Part shown: positions 39,895 to 56,108 of the stretch, in pieces
Layout: each line of letters opens with the position of its first letter
Position numbering within the stretch: position 1 is the stretch's first letter
Source of the DNA: the human T2T-CHM13v2.0 reference genome, Homo sapiens
DNA: 64,000 nucleotides
Assembly (NCBI RefSeq): GCF_009914755.1
Contig: NC_060927.1
Direction: 5' to 3' (one strand)
Translations under genes and position numbers: made by a program
Notes under the pieces: generated by a model
Database searches by the model: none
What the model saw: only the letters and a program-made list of their open reading frames with translations
Told to the model about the DNA's origin: nothing

Positions 39895-40510
39895 GCTGTT
39901 CTACCTTTTTGTATTTTCATATAACTTTTATAAAGAATTTGTCAGTTCACACACAAACATGCTTAGATTTTTATTATGATTTCACTGGATCTATAGATCA
40001 ACTGGGCAGAATTAACATATTCAACAATATTGAATTTTTCGTTTAGTATCTCTCTGTTTATGTGTGTCTACTTTCTTTCGGTAATATTTTTGGGTTTTTT
40101 TGTAGAGGTCTTGCATATCTTTCATTAAATTTATTCCTTTGTGTTTGTTTTTTTCCTATTATTGTGTTATTTTTATGTCTTTTTCTAATTATTTGTGGTT
40201 AGAATATGAAAATACAGCTAATTTTTGTATATTGAGCTTGCATCCAGGAAACTTGCTAAATCTATTTCTTAATTCTTATAGTTGGTAAAATTCTTTTGGA
40301 TTATCTACGTATCTAAGTATGCCCCTTGTGAAAATGAAACCTCCATTTTCTCCTTCTAAAGGAAAAAATTGGCTAGGACCTTCAATACAATGTTGAATAG
40401 ATGTGGTATAAGTAGACTTTTTTTCTTGTTCCCAGTCTCATTGATAAGGCTTTCAATAACTCATAATTAATTATTATAATTGCTGTCAGTTTTTGGTAGA
40501 TATGCTGTTT
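39895..40510 (-). mobile_element. Old L1M ORF2 fragment
   Basis: aatttttgtatattgagcttgcatcc...ggctaggaccttcaatacaatgttgaatag, antisense ORF2. Confidence 0.75.
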
Positions 40511-40593
40511 TTAGCCCTTTGCCTATGATGTTTCTTCTTTTGTTAATGTTACAGCAGATTTAGGAACACCACCACAACGCACAACAACCACAC

Positions 40594-40890
40594 TTTTTTT
40601 TTTTTTTTTTTTAGACGGAGTCTTGCTCTGTCACCCAGGCTGGAGTGCAGTGGCGCAATCTCAGCTCACTGCAACCTCTGCCTCCGAGGTTCAAGGATTC
40701 TCCTGCCTCAGCCTCCCAAGTAGCTGGGACTACAGGAGCGTGTCACACACCCAGCTGATTTTTTGTATTTTTAGTAGAGACGGGGTTTCACTGTGTTAGC
40801 CAGGATAGTCTCGATCTCCTGACCTGGTGATCTGCCCGCCTCGGCCTCCCAAAGTGCTGGGATTACAGGCGTGAGCCACCGTGCCCGGCC
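40594..40890 (-). mobile_element. AluSc/Y-like; the only antisense Alu seen in the window
   Basis: T19 then reverse Alu ending gtgcccggcc; TSD cacacttt. Confidence 0.95.
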
Positions 40891-41439
40891 CACACTTTAT
40901 TTTTAATTTCAAAGCAGACTCAGAAAACTGTGCATGCAATTAAGTAGATTGTTTCAAAGCAGGAAAATTTTGACTATTTTTGTATTATGTTACTTGAGGC
41001 AGAAATGATGGATTGTGATAAGATCCATTTGTCACTTCAATACCTTACTTGATACTGGTCTACTAGACAGGTCCCACTCTTCTTTAGTAGCAACTTTAAA
41101 TTATAAGTAATAATAATTGAGGAATGAGAGATTTTTTTTTCCTTATAACAGTTTTGTAATCATTAAATGTTATATTTGTTAAACTATGTGAAACGCATCC
41201 TTCTGGGAAAAGTGCGAATGGAGTTTACTACTTAAGAATATTGGAAATAATCACAATATTTACTGATTTCATTCATTTTCCATGAAAGAGAATGATAATT
41301 AATTGTGCTATATTAGAGGGTCATTTAAAGGACAGTGTGCCCATTATTATTTCCAAAATTCAATACAATACATATACAATAGCCACACATACACCTAAAA
41401 CTACATTCTGTAATCTCTTGCTGTTGTAGGAATTGCTGC

Positions 41440-41546
41440 ATTCTGATTCAGTAGATCTGAGGTGGGGCCTGAGATTTTGTATTTCTAGCAAGCTCTTGGC
41501 TGATGCTAAGGCTTCTGGTCTCCAGATCACTTGAGAATCACTGCCC
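41440..41546. mobile_element. MER5A-like DNA transposon fragment
   Basis: tctgattcagtagatctgaggtggggcctgag...cttgagaatcactg. Confidence 0.75.
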
Positions 41547-41731
41547 TATGAAACATTTTAAAAATATTTTTTCAGTAGTTACCTCCCCTGTAGGTATCTG
41601 TTTGGGAATCTCAGCTCTCACCCCTTTAAATCTGCTACAGATGAAAAGATTGATGCAAATGTCTCTGAATAAAGGAGGTCAGGAATTAGGCAAACCAGAA
41701 ACCAGTAATCATTTTATAACTCTGATATTCT

Positions 41732-43271
<1,540 letters not shown>

Positions 43272-45629
43272 TTATAACTCTGATTTTCTATGTGGGTCTC
43301 AAACTTCCTTATACCACAGTGAACTACAGATAAAATAGAGTGAGGGTTCAGACCTAAACATTTTCTTGAGGATAATACAGGAGAAAAGAGCAGGGATTGG
43401 GAGCTTGAAGAATCCATTGAGTCAAATGGAATGCCAATGTTCTCAGTTTCCAAGATAATATAACACTTTATATTATCTATTCATTCACTCAACTATACAT
43501 CAAATAATTTCCAGTTTCTACAGCTAGACATTATGCTATTCACTGAGGATAAACTAATGAACAAAATAAACATACCTCAAATGCAGAAATAAACATTAAA
43601 CTTTAATTATATAAATTGTTCATACTTTTTTAAAGGCTGTACAACCTTTTTTTTTCTCACCAACTTGTACTGTACAGCTTGACCTCCCAAGAGGGTGAGT
43701 AGGTGCTAACAATCAGCCCTAGCTTCACTTACCTGGTACAGGACTACAACCTCTTAAAGAGAACAGATCCTTTTTATTTGGACGAAGAATTGAAAACTTA
43801 CCAAGCTTTCAACTGTGGGGCTGTGTCTTTCTAAATGTTGTTTGTTTTTCTAATGTCCTATTGAATGTATGCCTTTTTTCTAATTCTTTACTTGGATTAA
43901 TATCTTTTTCTATACTAGCATTAGGTCCTGACACTGCTGCTACCTGTGTAGACATTCACCTTCATAATTCTCAGTGCACAATCTACAACACATTTATTAT
44001 GCTATCAAGTTCAAATGAAGGCTAGGATGATAGAAATATATATCTTTATCAAAATATCATAGAGGTTAGTCACAAAATACTAACAAAGGAGTATCAAACT
44101 CTGTTGTTCTCAGGATTGGGTCAGAGCTTGGTCTTACAGCCTAGTTTGAATGCTCCTTCTGGGCATTCCTATGTGCCTAAAGTCCTATTTTAGTCTCCAA
44201 AAACCTTTCTTCTCCCTCCAAACAGTCCTTTGTTGGAGCAGTATTTATCTTTATTTTAGATAAGGATACAAAATGCAGATCTTTCCAAATAGTTATTATG
44301 AAATTCAGCTTTATTAAAGATAAAAATTATTGGTTCACTTAGGCTAAGGTACTCCATGCCAATAGTTTTATATTCCCTTCCTTTAGGACTTGCTACCAGA
44401 ACCCCTGAGTCAGCACTAGGCTTTTATAGGAATGAAATATCAGCTATGAGACAGAGGAATCAAGTATATCACTTGCCAGGTGAAGATGAAAATCTCTTTA
44501 TGAACAAACAAAAGTTATTCATATCTTCACAATTTTCTAGGCTTCACAACTTGTCTCAAAACTTTATTCTCATTTGTTGTGGTGGAAACACAAGTCCTTC
44601 ATGGTGTATGAAAACAAATTTTTCTGAAGCAAATATAACGCCAGAGACACTTCATGAGATATGAATTAGGAATCCCTAAGGCTTTTGTGAAATGTTTGGA
44701 AATTTTCCACAAAATTTTGGTAGTGTTGTTTTTGTACTCTAAACCTGATTAGTTTTCTCAGGTCTCTAAGAAAGTAAGGGGGTCGCGGGTACGGTCAATA
44801 GAGAATTCAGTGAAATCTTAAGATCCAAACAATAGTAAGATTTTTTTTATATTCTCTGTAATTCTTCATAATACCATGAAATATTTTCTATCATCAGAAA
44901 CAACTATGATTGCCTCAAAGAGGCAATGTTATCTCTCAAAAACAGTAAATGGAAAGGAAGGTCCTATAATCTAAATTTTATGCAGTCTTTGACATTTGCT
45001 TTTTTTTACCCCATGCTAGCTCATAGGGTTAAAAAGAAAAAAAACACTCAAACACAGGTTGCACAGCCTCCTGAAATTAGGCATTATCGCAAAATGACTG
45101 TGGCCAGTTTTACAACTCCACAAAGTGTGAACTATTAATGTTCTAGTCCCCAAATAAAGTCAGTAGCCAAGGAAGATAGAGATAATAGTTATCCACAGTT
45201 TTTCAAACAGTATTTTATTTTTCTCTTATGTAATACAACACCCCAGCATATGCCTTTTTCTGGTGAGAAAACTAAAGTTCAGACTATTTAAGTGAGTAGA
45301 GGTGGAATTCCAAGTTAGTTATATTTGTTTTTTCCCTAGTGTTCGTTAATTAAATGAGAAAAATTAATTTGGGAATTACAAAAAATAATCACAATTAAAA
45401 TTATGGGACATTCAAACAGTGAGAAAATGAAAAGTAGCTGAGCTGTGAAATGTTTTAACAAAGAAATTTAATAGAACTTAAGAAATATACATTCCATGAA
45501 ACATCAGAAAAAATATAGTTTACCATTAAAGTTTCTGGAAAAACTGATTTTCAAAATAATTTTTAGTTCTTACAGTTCATAAATCAACAACATTATCACC
45601 TTTTGAGTATATTAAGCCTTTTTTACTAA

Positions 45630-45850
45630 AAATTATAATCAACATTTGTATAGTACTTTAAAGCAAACAAGGTATTTTTCATATGTATTATCTTTAATCC
45701 TTACATCTATGTAATACTATTATTGTTCTTATTTTGTATGAATGGAGAAATTATGGCTAAGAAAAGATTCTATAGCTTTCCCAAGGTCACTGTGCTAGTA
45801 ATGGCTTAGTCTGAACCCAAGTCTTCAGGTCTTCAGACTTCAAGGTCCTC
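45630..45850 (-). mobile_element. MIR
   Basis: ggagaaattatggctaag...cccaaggtcac...tgaacccaagtcttc. Confidence 0.6.
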
Positions 45851-48114
45851 TGATTATTTGGCCCAAATTATTTGGCCTCCTATTATGTCTACTAAAAAAA
45901 AAAAAAGTGGGTTGAAAAACTCAGTTATCACTGTAAGTTTATAACTCAAAATAGACATTAATCTTAACAGAAATGAAGTTTTATAATCATCGAACAACTA
46001 TATGACATTAATAGTCATGGACTCATTAACATTGTCCAAATAGAAATATATTATATATTTTAAGATGAAGGTAGTGTCACAACATTAAACATTGTCATGC
46101 TGGAGCAAATTCTAATAAAAAATACCTCTTTACCCAGTTGTATCTTAACCACATCTTGGGAAAAAAGGGGAAAATTGCAACAAAATTAGAGATATGTAGG
46201 CTTTTTATGGCTTTACCATGGCGTGGTGACCCCAGAATGCTTGCTTTTTTGTTTTTAACTTTGTCTCTATACATACCAGGTGTTTTTGTCTTATCTTAGT
46301 TTCTGGCTTAGGGAAAGGTAGAGACAAATGAAATTTGTTACTGTATTCCAACCAGTCAGCTAATTAATCAGTAAATAGATAAATTCATAAGTACATAAAC
46401 TAAAAACATTTTAATCTAAACAACTTTTATTTTAATTTAATGTTGTATTTATTTATTTCAGAGAATATATCCAGACCATACAGGTGGTATCTTCTGTATC
46501 AAGGAGATTATGTTGCTTAGTGGAAATGGCATAGCTTTGGAGTCAATTTTAGAGAAAAATTTGACCTTACCCTCTCACTTTCTACAGTTATAACTTTAGC
46601 AGGTTTCTTACACTTAATTGTGTGCCAGTGTTCAGAACATAGATGCTCAATAATATATGGTAGTGATTATTATAAAAGCAGTGGTGAATATCCATGGCCT
46701 GAAGAGACTCAGCTTGGTCCCTTTGACCATTCTGGACTTCCAAATATTCGTTGTAGCTTAGCCATAACAAAGTAGAAATTCTTCACTGGAAATCAAAAAG
46801 TAAATTCTGTCATTTCAAAGTAAGAAGCAATTAATCAGAAGCTTTGAATTAGAAACTTCTGACCTATCTCTTTGTGATATCTCCCATTAAAGTAGTAGCC
46901 ATATGCAGACTTTGATTCAGGATTTAACCTGTTCCTAAAATTTTAATTCAGATGTAGAACCAATGATCTGACTGAGACTTATTTGTAGCCAATACAACAT
47001 CCTTATGATGAACCAGGCTGCACTATCCATTGACTTTGAATTGAATTAGGAGTCAGCAGAAAGACATACGAATATACAGATGATTGAAGAAAGATGATAC
47101 AGTCAAAACACACGAAGTCCCCTAGACAAAACCATAATGTAATGCCTGCAATTCTATTTTTATTTAGGGTTAAGCATAAAACCTCATTCTCACATAAGCT
47201 ATGGTAAGCCACCAAACTGTTGATTACTCTGCTGCAATGCTATAATTGAACATAAATTTGGAAAGAATGAGTCTAGGAGTAGAGATAAATACTTTCACAA
47301 AGGTTTATAATCTGCTGCTGTTGTGAGGCTAGGCCATCATCTGATCTTTAGGCCAGAATTTACAGATGACTATTATTGTGTATTTTGCCATCAGTGAATA
47401 CTTTCACTCATTTTCATAATTTTTAGTCTCTCATGCTATACCACTTAACAATTACTAGTTAATTCAGAAGTTGATAGATGTAACTAGGTAAGTGATTAAC
47501 CCAATCTGTGGGGATGCTTTCCTATGTATTTTGTTTCTTTTTTTAGTCATATTTATTAAAGTACAATTTATGTAAAATAACATTCACATTTTAGTGTATA
47601 ATTCTACAGATTTTCTTTCTTTTGTTTTTGATTTGGTTTCTATTTTCAAAAAGTATGCTACAGCATGTTAAAGTAACAAAAATTTCCTGACAATTTGCCC
47701 AGAATCTAACAAGTCCGTGAGCATAAGAAATCAAATTGTTATAATTCTAACACTTGCTGTGGTAATATTCCCTCACTCCAACTGGATTACATATGGTACT
47801 TTTTGCCGTGTTACTTTTGTGAGCTAAGACAGGCAGTTTTTCAGGGTGTGAAGGATTAAAGAGACCATTCAATGTGAGGATGCACAATGTGACTTAAGGA
47901 GATTTTTAGAGAAAATAAATAAGCCCGTTATAATTCAAGTTTGTTAGGACATACTATTGTGCAAAGGAAATAACAGTATTATATACAATTGAAGGCTTTA
48001 TCAAGTGTGCTGTTTAATGCCAGGCACTAGATTTTCAGTAGAACATGTTGCCCAGATAAATTATTTCTGACATGGAATACTATAGAATGACAATCTTTTC
48101 TTGCCAATTAAGTT

Positions 48115-48345
48115 TAATAATGAAAATAATAGCTAACATTGAATGCTTGCCATATACCATACACTATGCTAAGGGCTTTACACACATTCCTTCCATTAAT
48201 CCTGACAAGATTCTTGTGAAGTACAGACAGTTGTTATCCTTATTTTACAGAGGAAGGGAAGCATCAATCTTTCTGAAATTAAGTAACTATTAGCCCAGGG
48301 CAGATGGTTGAGTCATGATTTGAATCCAGCTCATTTGTGTTCTTA
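48115..48345 (-). mobile_element. MIR
   Basis: aatagctaacattgaatgcttgcca...ccttattttacagaggaagg...gatttgaatccag. Confidence 0.65.
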
Positions 48346-48360
48346 AAAACTAGGCTTCAC

Positions 48361-48664
<304 letters not shown>

Positions 48665-48899
48665 CTAGGCTTCGCTTCATAAATGCTAGGAAACCTACCA
48701 TGGAGAAAAGCAAGAGTGTCTGTGTGGAGCTGTACAAAGGGAAAAAAATGCATCTAACCTCTCCTAATAGGGGCACTACTGTTCCTTGTAACTACCACCT
48801 TCTATTCCTCATTAGAAAATGGAATATAAAAATATGATGAAAAATTTTAATTACTTAAAAAAAGAACTAATCATAATCACCTTAAAAAGCCCAGAAAAG

Positions 48900-48990
48900 T
48901 TATATATATACACACATATATATAATGCATATGTGTGTATGTATATATATTATATATATAATGTACATTTGTATCTGTATGCACATCTAT
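48900..48990. repeat. (TA)/(TG)-rich low-complexity tract
   Basis: tatatatatacacacatatatataatgcatatgtgtgtatg... Confidence 0.8.
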
Positions 48991-49444
48991 GTCTAATTCA
49001 ACAACTAAGAACAATATGGCTTCTCTTGTATGGAAAATCTGAGCTGCACTTCAGGAAGTACTTCTTATGTACCTTCTTATCCTGGGTAAAAGTCCCGTAG
49101 GTTGGTGAATACTCATGAAGACTTAAAAGATTGCTTTTTGAAATGCCATCTGTCAACCTCTTGATGTCAGTATAACCTGCAATTCTTCTTAAAATACAAT
49201 TCCTGCTGACCTAAGGATACCTGGAGGTGTCCACTAAGTCTCTCCAGGTGCTTTAAGATCTGGCATGTGGGAGCAAGAACTAGTTAATTACTCATTATTG
49301 GTCCAGAGGTTAGAACTGAGACAAATCAATAAATGGTAAAGAAAAGTAGTTTGAGCTTGAATAGGAGGAAATTCTGTGGCAATTATAGCAATCCCAAATT
49401 AGAATTTTTTTATACTTTTGGAGGTTCTATCATGGAAATACTCA

Positions 49445-49792
<348 letters not shown>

Positions 49793-52700
49793 TCACACCA
49801 CATATGAAAAAAACTACATAAAGATACACTTATTTAATGTAAGACAATTGCTTTTCACATATTTCTGTTTGCATATTAAATATTTACTACTGAATAGCAA
49901 AACACTAATATTGGAACAATATTTCTGCTTCCATACATGCTCACTAAATGGAATGTTCATCAGGGTTTTAATAATTATACAATATTTCTGCTTCATGGGC
50001 AGACTGGGAGGGGCATGGCCTGAAAGCCACAGTTTCTATCTCAACAGGGAAGGCTTATGGCATAGGGCATAAGCCTTCTGAGTGCAGACTGCTCAGAACC
50101 TAGCTAGCTGCTGCTAGTGGAACACTGTAGGTGTGAAACCTGCCTTGCCAAGTATGTGGGAGCTGGATGGGGCTTACTGCTGCCTGCTACTCCCCACTGC
50201 CCTAGCAGATTCTTCTGGGAAGCAGAGGCAGCTACACTTCTCCTTGGAACATTACCCCAGCAGCAGAGAACTGCCTTCTGATTTCCCCGGGGCTGCTTCT
50301 TGCACCCACATGTGGAGAGCTAGAGTGCAGACTTAACCTGACCCAGCCACCACCTGGCTTTGCTCCTCTACCCACCCTAATGGCTTAACACAAAGGACAG
50401 AAACTTTTGGGAGTTCTATGACCCCACTCATTGCTTGAGACAGTAGGGTACCTTTCCTGGGTAACACTTGAGACATCAGAGTACCTCCCCTGGGTAACTA
50501 ACATTAGACAAGCACAAATACCACCATTACCACCACAGCTGTTGCTCTTTGCAAATGCTACCCCCTGGCTGGAGACCAACTAACACAGCCCACAACAGCA
50601 TCTGCAGGCAGAATAACACAGCACCCAAGAAGGAGAAAACTTGTGCATGACCTCAGCTACCAACATTGCCTGCATCACCCTGGCCAACGGAGAGATCCTG
50701 AGTCTGTTCACATGACCCGTTCATTACTACTACAGCTGGCATTTGAGAAAGCCAACACAGTAAGCCTATTTATAACCAAGGAATCTCACAGAATCTATAT
50801 CACTCGCCTGTCACCACCATCAGAGCTGGTGCTAATACCTGCTGCTGGGAGACTTGAGGACAGGTCATGTGCCTGGATCCCTTGCAGACAGTCCCCACTA
50901 CCATCCTGAAGCGTGGCAGCCCCACAGGGCAGCTAGACCCAGAAGAGCAGCATTCACAGTAGTCTGGCCTTCAGGGACTCCTGCGGCTAGGGGAAGAGGG
51001 AGTGCACAACATTAAGGAGGCATCCTGTGGGACAGAAGAATCCAGATGGCAGGTCTTGAGTACCAAACTTTCCACATGTGGGAAGTTTCTTTCAGCAGAG
51101 GCACTGGTGCAGTGCTGAGCTCAGCAAGAAAAGTCTGCAGCTCTCCCCCAACAGTCAGGCAGCCCGGGTGCTCATGAAAGATCTTTGAGATGGAAACTTC
51201 TCCCCCTTGCTCGCCACTGCAGACACAGTTGAGGCTTCTCCCATGGGAGCTTAGCATGAGTGTACCTGTAGACACCCTTTCTGGAACATTTCAGGGTGAC
51301 TGCTTTTCCACAGAAGGAGCATCCTCCAAGTTCAGGCTTGCATGAAAGGTAGAATCATAGTTCCTCTCTACTTGGAATATCAAAATTCCTGCAGATGAAA
51401 AGAGGTGCCTGTCTAATCTGAATAGGTGAAACACTGGGTGAAGAGTGTGTCTGGGAGTTGAGTAGCTTTCCTTCTGGTCTGGCAGAGGAGCTGAGGTAGC
51501 TCTCTCCCTTCCTCCTGAAAAGACCACAGTGCATTTCACTGAGAATTCTCCCAGCTACCTTTGTCAAGGCCGTGATCTCTCCCCAACATTGGGTATTGCA
51601 TCTACCCACATACTTTAGCTACATCTGGTTTTTACCCCCAGACACCTCCCCTACTGGCCTGAAGCCTGAACATTTCAACCCAGTAAATAAAATGTTGGGG
51701 AAAAAAATAACTAAATAAAAAAGTGCACACCAATGGGGAACAAGATAAGCTTCCAGAAACTTCTGCCATTCTAGCCCTGCAGGAGACAGTGAACCTGCTC
51801 ACACACCAAGCACATTGCCACCACAACCAGCATCTGAGAAAGCCATCATACAAAGACTTTCTATAACCAAGAAACTCATACAGAGTCTTCACCTCTGAAA
51901 GCGCCCAGAGCCAAATTAGGTTACAAAAACTGTAATCATTAAAGTCACAACTTTAAGAGACAAAAAAAAAAAAGAAATTTTTAAAAATCACAGATGAATT
52001 AAAAATAAATCCAAAAATAATTAAAAGAAATAGTTTACCCAAATGAGAAGGAACCAGAAAAATAATTTTGGCAATATGACAAAACAAGATACTGTAGTAC
52101 CCCCAAAAGATCATACTAGGTCTTCCACAATGGATCCAAACCAAGATGAAATCTTTAAAACACCAGATAAAGAATTCAAAGGGTTGATTATTAAGTTACT
52201 TCAGGAGATACAAGAGAAAGGAGAAAATTAACATGAAAAAAAATTTAAAAATAACAATTCAGGATATGAATAAAAACTTTTCTATAGAGATAGATATTTT
52301 CAAAAAAAAAAAAAAAAACCAGAACTTCTGGAAATGAAAGACACATTTAAGGAATTATGAAATGCAGCAGAAACTTTTAACAGTAGACTAGACCAAGTAG
52401 AAGAAAGAATTTCAGAGCTTCAAGACAAAATTTTGAATTAATTCAATCAAACAAAAATAAAACAAAAATAAGTTTAAAAAAATGAACAAAGTCTCCAAGA
52501 AATATGGGATTACATAATCCCATGACCAAACTTAAAAATCACTGGTGTTTCTGAAGAAGAAGAAAAACCAAAAAGTCTAGAAAACCTATCTAAGGGAATA
52601 ATTAAGGAAAACTTCACTGGCCTTGCTAGAGATTTAAACATTCAAGTACAAGAAGTTCAAAGAACTCCTGGGAGATCCATTGCAAAAAGGACATCACCAA

Positions 52701-53784
52701 GGCATTTGTCATCAAGCTATTTAAAGTCAAAGTGAAGTAAAGAATGATAAGAACGTGAAAAAAAAAAGCATCAGGTAACCTATACAGGAAAACCAGAAGG
52801 GATTCAGGCTTTATCTTTAGCCTCCTTAAACAGAATAACTATCATCAGCCAAGAATCTTGTAATCCAGCAAAACTAAGTTGCTTACATGAAGGAGAAATA
52901 AAGTCTTTTTCAGACAAGCAAAGGCTGTGGGAACTTGCCACTACCACACCAGCCCTATAAAAAAAATGCTAAAAGGGGGCAAAATCTTGAAACCAAAGGT
53001 CAATATGCACCAGAATGGAAACTCTTGAAAGGCTTAAACTCACAGGTCCTATAAAATAATAGCACATGGAGAAAATAAAGCATCTAGGTAGCAATCAACA
53101 TGATGATTGGAACAGTACCTCACATCTCAACAGTAATGTTAAATGTAAGTGGTCTAAATGCTCTACTTAAAATATACAGAATGAAATTAAGGCAGAAATC
53201 AAGAAGTTCTTTGAAACAAATGAAAACAAAGATACAACATACCAGAATCTCTGGGACACGGCTAAGTCAGTGTTAAGAGGGAAATTTATAGCACTAAATA
53301 CCCACATCAAAAAGTTGGAAAGATCTCTAATTAACAACCTAATGTCACAACTAAAAAAACTTAGAGGACCAAGAGCAAACCAACCCCAAAGCAGAAGACA
53401 AGAAATAACCAAAATCAGAGCTGAACTGAAGGAGATTGGGACACACACACAAAAAAAAAACATTCAAAAGATCAATGAAATTAGGAGCTGGATTTTTGAA
53501 AAAAAAATAAGATAAGCTGCTAACTAGGGTAATAAAGAGTAAAAGAGAAGATTCAAATAAATGCAATTACAAACAACAAAGGGAGGTTACCACTGACCCC
53601 AAAGAAATACAAGTAACCAGCAGGGACTACTATAAACACCTCTATGCACAGAAATTACAAAACCTAGAAGAGATGGATAAATTTCTGGACACAGACACCC
53701 TCCCAAGACTGAACCAGGAGGAAATTGATTCACTCAACAGACCAATAACAAGCTCCAAAATTGAGTTTGTTAATAATAGCCTAC

Positions 53785-54152
53785 TGATATGGTTTGGCTG
53801 TGTCCCCACCCAGATCTCATCTTGAATTGTATCTCCCATAATTCCCATTGTTGTGGGAGGGACCTGGTGGGAGATAATTGAATCATGGCAGCAGTATCCC
53901 CCATACTGCTCTCGTGGGGAGCAGTCTCATGAGATCTGATGGTTTTATAAGGAGAAACCCCTTTTGCTTGGTTCTCATTATTTCTTTGCCTGCCACCATC
54001 CATGTAAGACGTGACTTGCTCCTTTTTGCCTTCCACCATGATTGTGAAGCTTCCCCGGCCATGTGGAACTGTAAGTCCAATTATCTCTGTCTTTTGTAAA
54101 TTGTCCAGTCTTGGGTATGTCTTTATCAGCAATGTGAAAACTGACTAATACA
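53785..54152 (+). mobile_element. THE1 (THE1B-like, ERVL-MaLR) solo LTR
   Basis: TG...CA termini tgatatggtttggctgtgtcc...gactaataca; 5-bp TSD cctac at 53780-53784 and 54153-54157. Confidence 0.95.
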
Positions 54153-54326
54153 CCTACCAACCAGAAAAGTCCAGGTCCAGAAGGATTCATGGCTGAATTC
54201 TACCAGATATGCAAAGAAGAAATGTATCATTCCAGCTGAAACTATCCCAAAGAATTGAGGAGGAGGGATTTCTCTCCAACTCATTTTTTGAGGTCAGCAT
54301 CATCCTGATATCAAAACCTGGCAGGG

Positions 54327-54517
54327 ACACAACAAAAAAAAAAGAAAACTTTGGGACAATAGCCTTGATGGTCATTGATGCAAAAATCTCAAAAAAATAC
54401 TTGCAAATCAAATCCAGCAACACAACAAAAAAAAAAGAAAACTTTGGGACAATAGCCTTGATGGTCATTGATGCAAAAATCTCAAAAAAATACTTGCAAA
54501 TCAAATCCAGCAACACA
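54327..54517. repeat. Perfect 93-bp tandem duplication inside L1 ORF2
   Basis: 54327-54419 identical to 54420-54512; visible as a doubled peptide in ORF 54209-54547. Confidence 0.97.
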
Positions 54518-56108
54518 TCAAAAAGCTATTCCACCACAATCAAGTAGGCTTTATCCCTGGGATGCAAGGTAGGTCCGACATATGCAAATCAATAAATGTG
54601 ATTCATCATAAACAGAGCTAAAGATAGAAACCACATGATCATCTCAGTTCAACATCCTTTCATGTTAAAAGCTCTCAACATACTAGGTAATGAAGGAATA
54701 TACCTCAAAATAATAAAAGTCATCTATGACAAACCCACAGCCAACATCATACTGAATGGGCAAAAGCTGGAAGCATTCCCCTTGAAAACTGGCACAAGTA
54801 TGCTCACCCACCACTCCTATTTAACAGAGTATTGGAAGCCCTGGCAAAGAGCAATCAGGCAAAAGAAAGAAATGAAGAGCATTCAAACAAGAAGAGAGAA
54901 AGTCAAACAATTCCTGTTTGCAGATGACATGATTTTATATCTAGAAAACCCTATAGTTATAGACAAAAAGCTCCTGCAGCTGATAAACACCTTCAGCAAT
55001 GTTTTAGGATACAAGAATCAATGTACAAAAATTACTAGCATTTCTATACACCAACAATAGCCAAACCAACAGCCAAATCAAAAACACAATCCCATTCACA
55101 ATTGCCACAAAAAGAATAAAATACCTAGTAATACAGCTTAAAAGGAAGGTGAAAGATCTCTACAATGAAATTACAAAACACTGCTTAAAGAAAACAGAGA
55201 TGACACAAACAAATGGAAAAATATCCACGTTCATGGATAGGAAGAATCAATATCATTAAAATTGCCATATTGCCTGAAGCAATTTAGAGATTCATTACTG
55301 TCAAACTACCAATGACATGCTTCACAGAACTAGAAAAAAACTATTTAAAATTGATATGGAACCAAAAAAGAGCCCAAATAACCAAGGCAATTTTAATCAA
55401 AAAAGAACAAAACTGGAAGCATCATGTTACCCAACTTCAAACTATACTACAGGGCTACAGTAACCAAAATAGCATGGGACTGGTACAAAAACAGACACAT
55501 AGACCAATTGAACAGAATAGAGAGCCCAGAAATAAGGCCACACACCTACAACCATCTGATCTTTGGACTCCTTATTCAATAAATGGTGCTGGCATAACTG
55601 GCTAGCTAAATGCAGAAGATTGAAGCTGGATCCCTTCTTTACACCACATACAAAAATCTACTCAAGATGGAGGAAAGACTTAAATGTAAAACCCAAAACT
55701 ATAAAAACCCTGGAAGTCAAGCTGGGCAGTATCATTCTGGACATAGAAACCGGCAAAGATTTCATGATGGAGACACCAAAAGCAATCACAACAAAGGCAA
55801 AAAGTGATAAATGGGATATAATTAAACTTAAGAGCTTCTGCACAGCAAAAGAAACAATTAACAGTGTAAACAGACAGCCTACAGAATGGGAGAAAATATT
55901 TTCAAACTATGCATCTGACAAAGGACTAATATCCAGCATCTAAGAAGAACTTAAGCAAATTACAAAAGCAAACAACCCCATTAAAATGTGGTTAAAGGAT
56001 ATGAATAGACACTTTTCAAAAGAAGACATATATGTGGCCAAAGAGCATATGAAAAAAAGTTCAATATCAGTGGTTATTAGAGAAATGCAAATCAAAACCA
56101 CAATGAGA

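Noticed and set aside
49857-49994. Repeat-spacer pattern reminiscent of CRISPR
   Set aside because: Only two exact 16-bp copies, in primate DNA with no cas genes
50434-50498. Degenerate 33-bp tandem duplication in the L1PB 5'UTR
   Set aside because: Old (about 5 mismatches) and typical of L1 5'UTR turnover; small duplications near 9670, 18197 and 28900 were dismissed likewise
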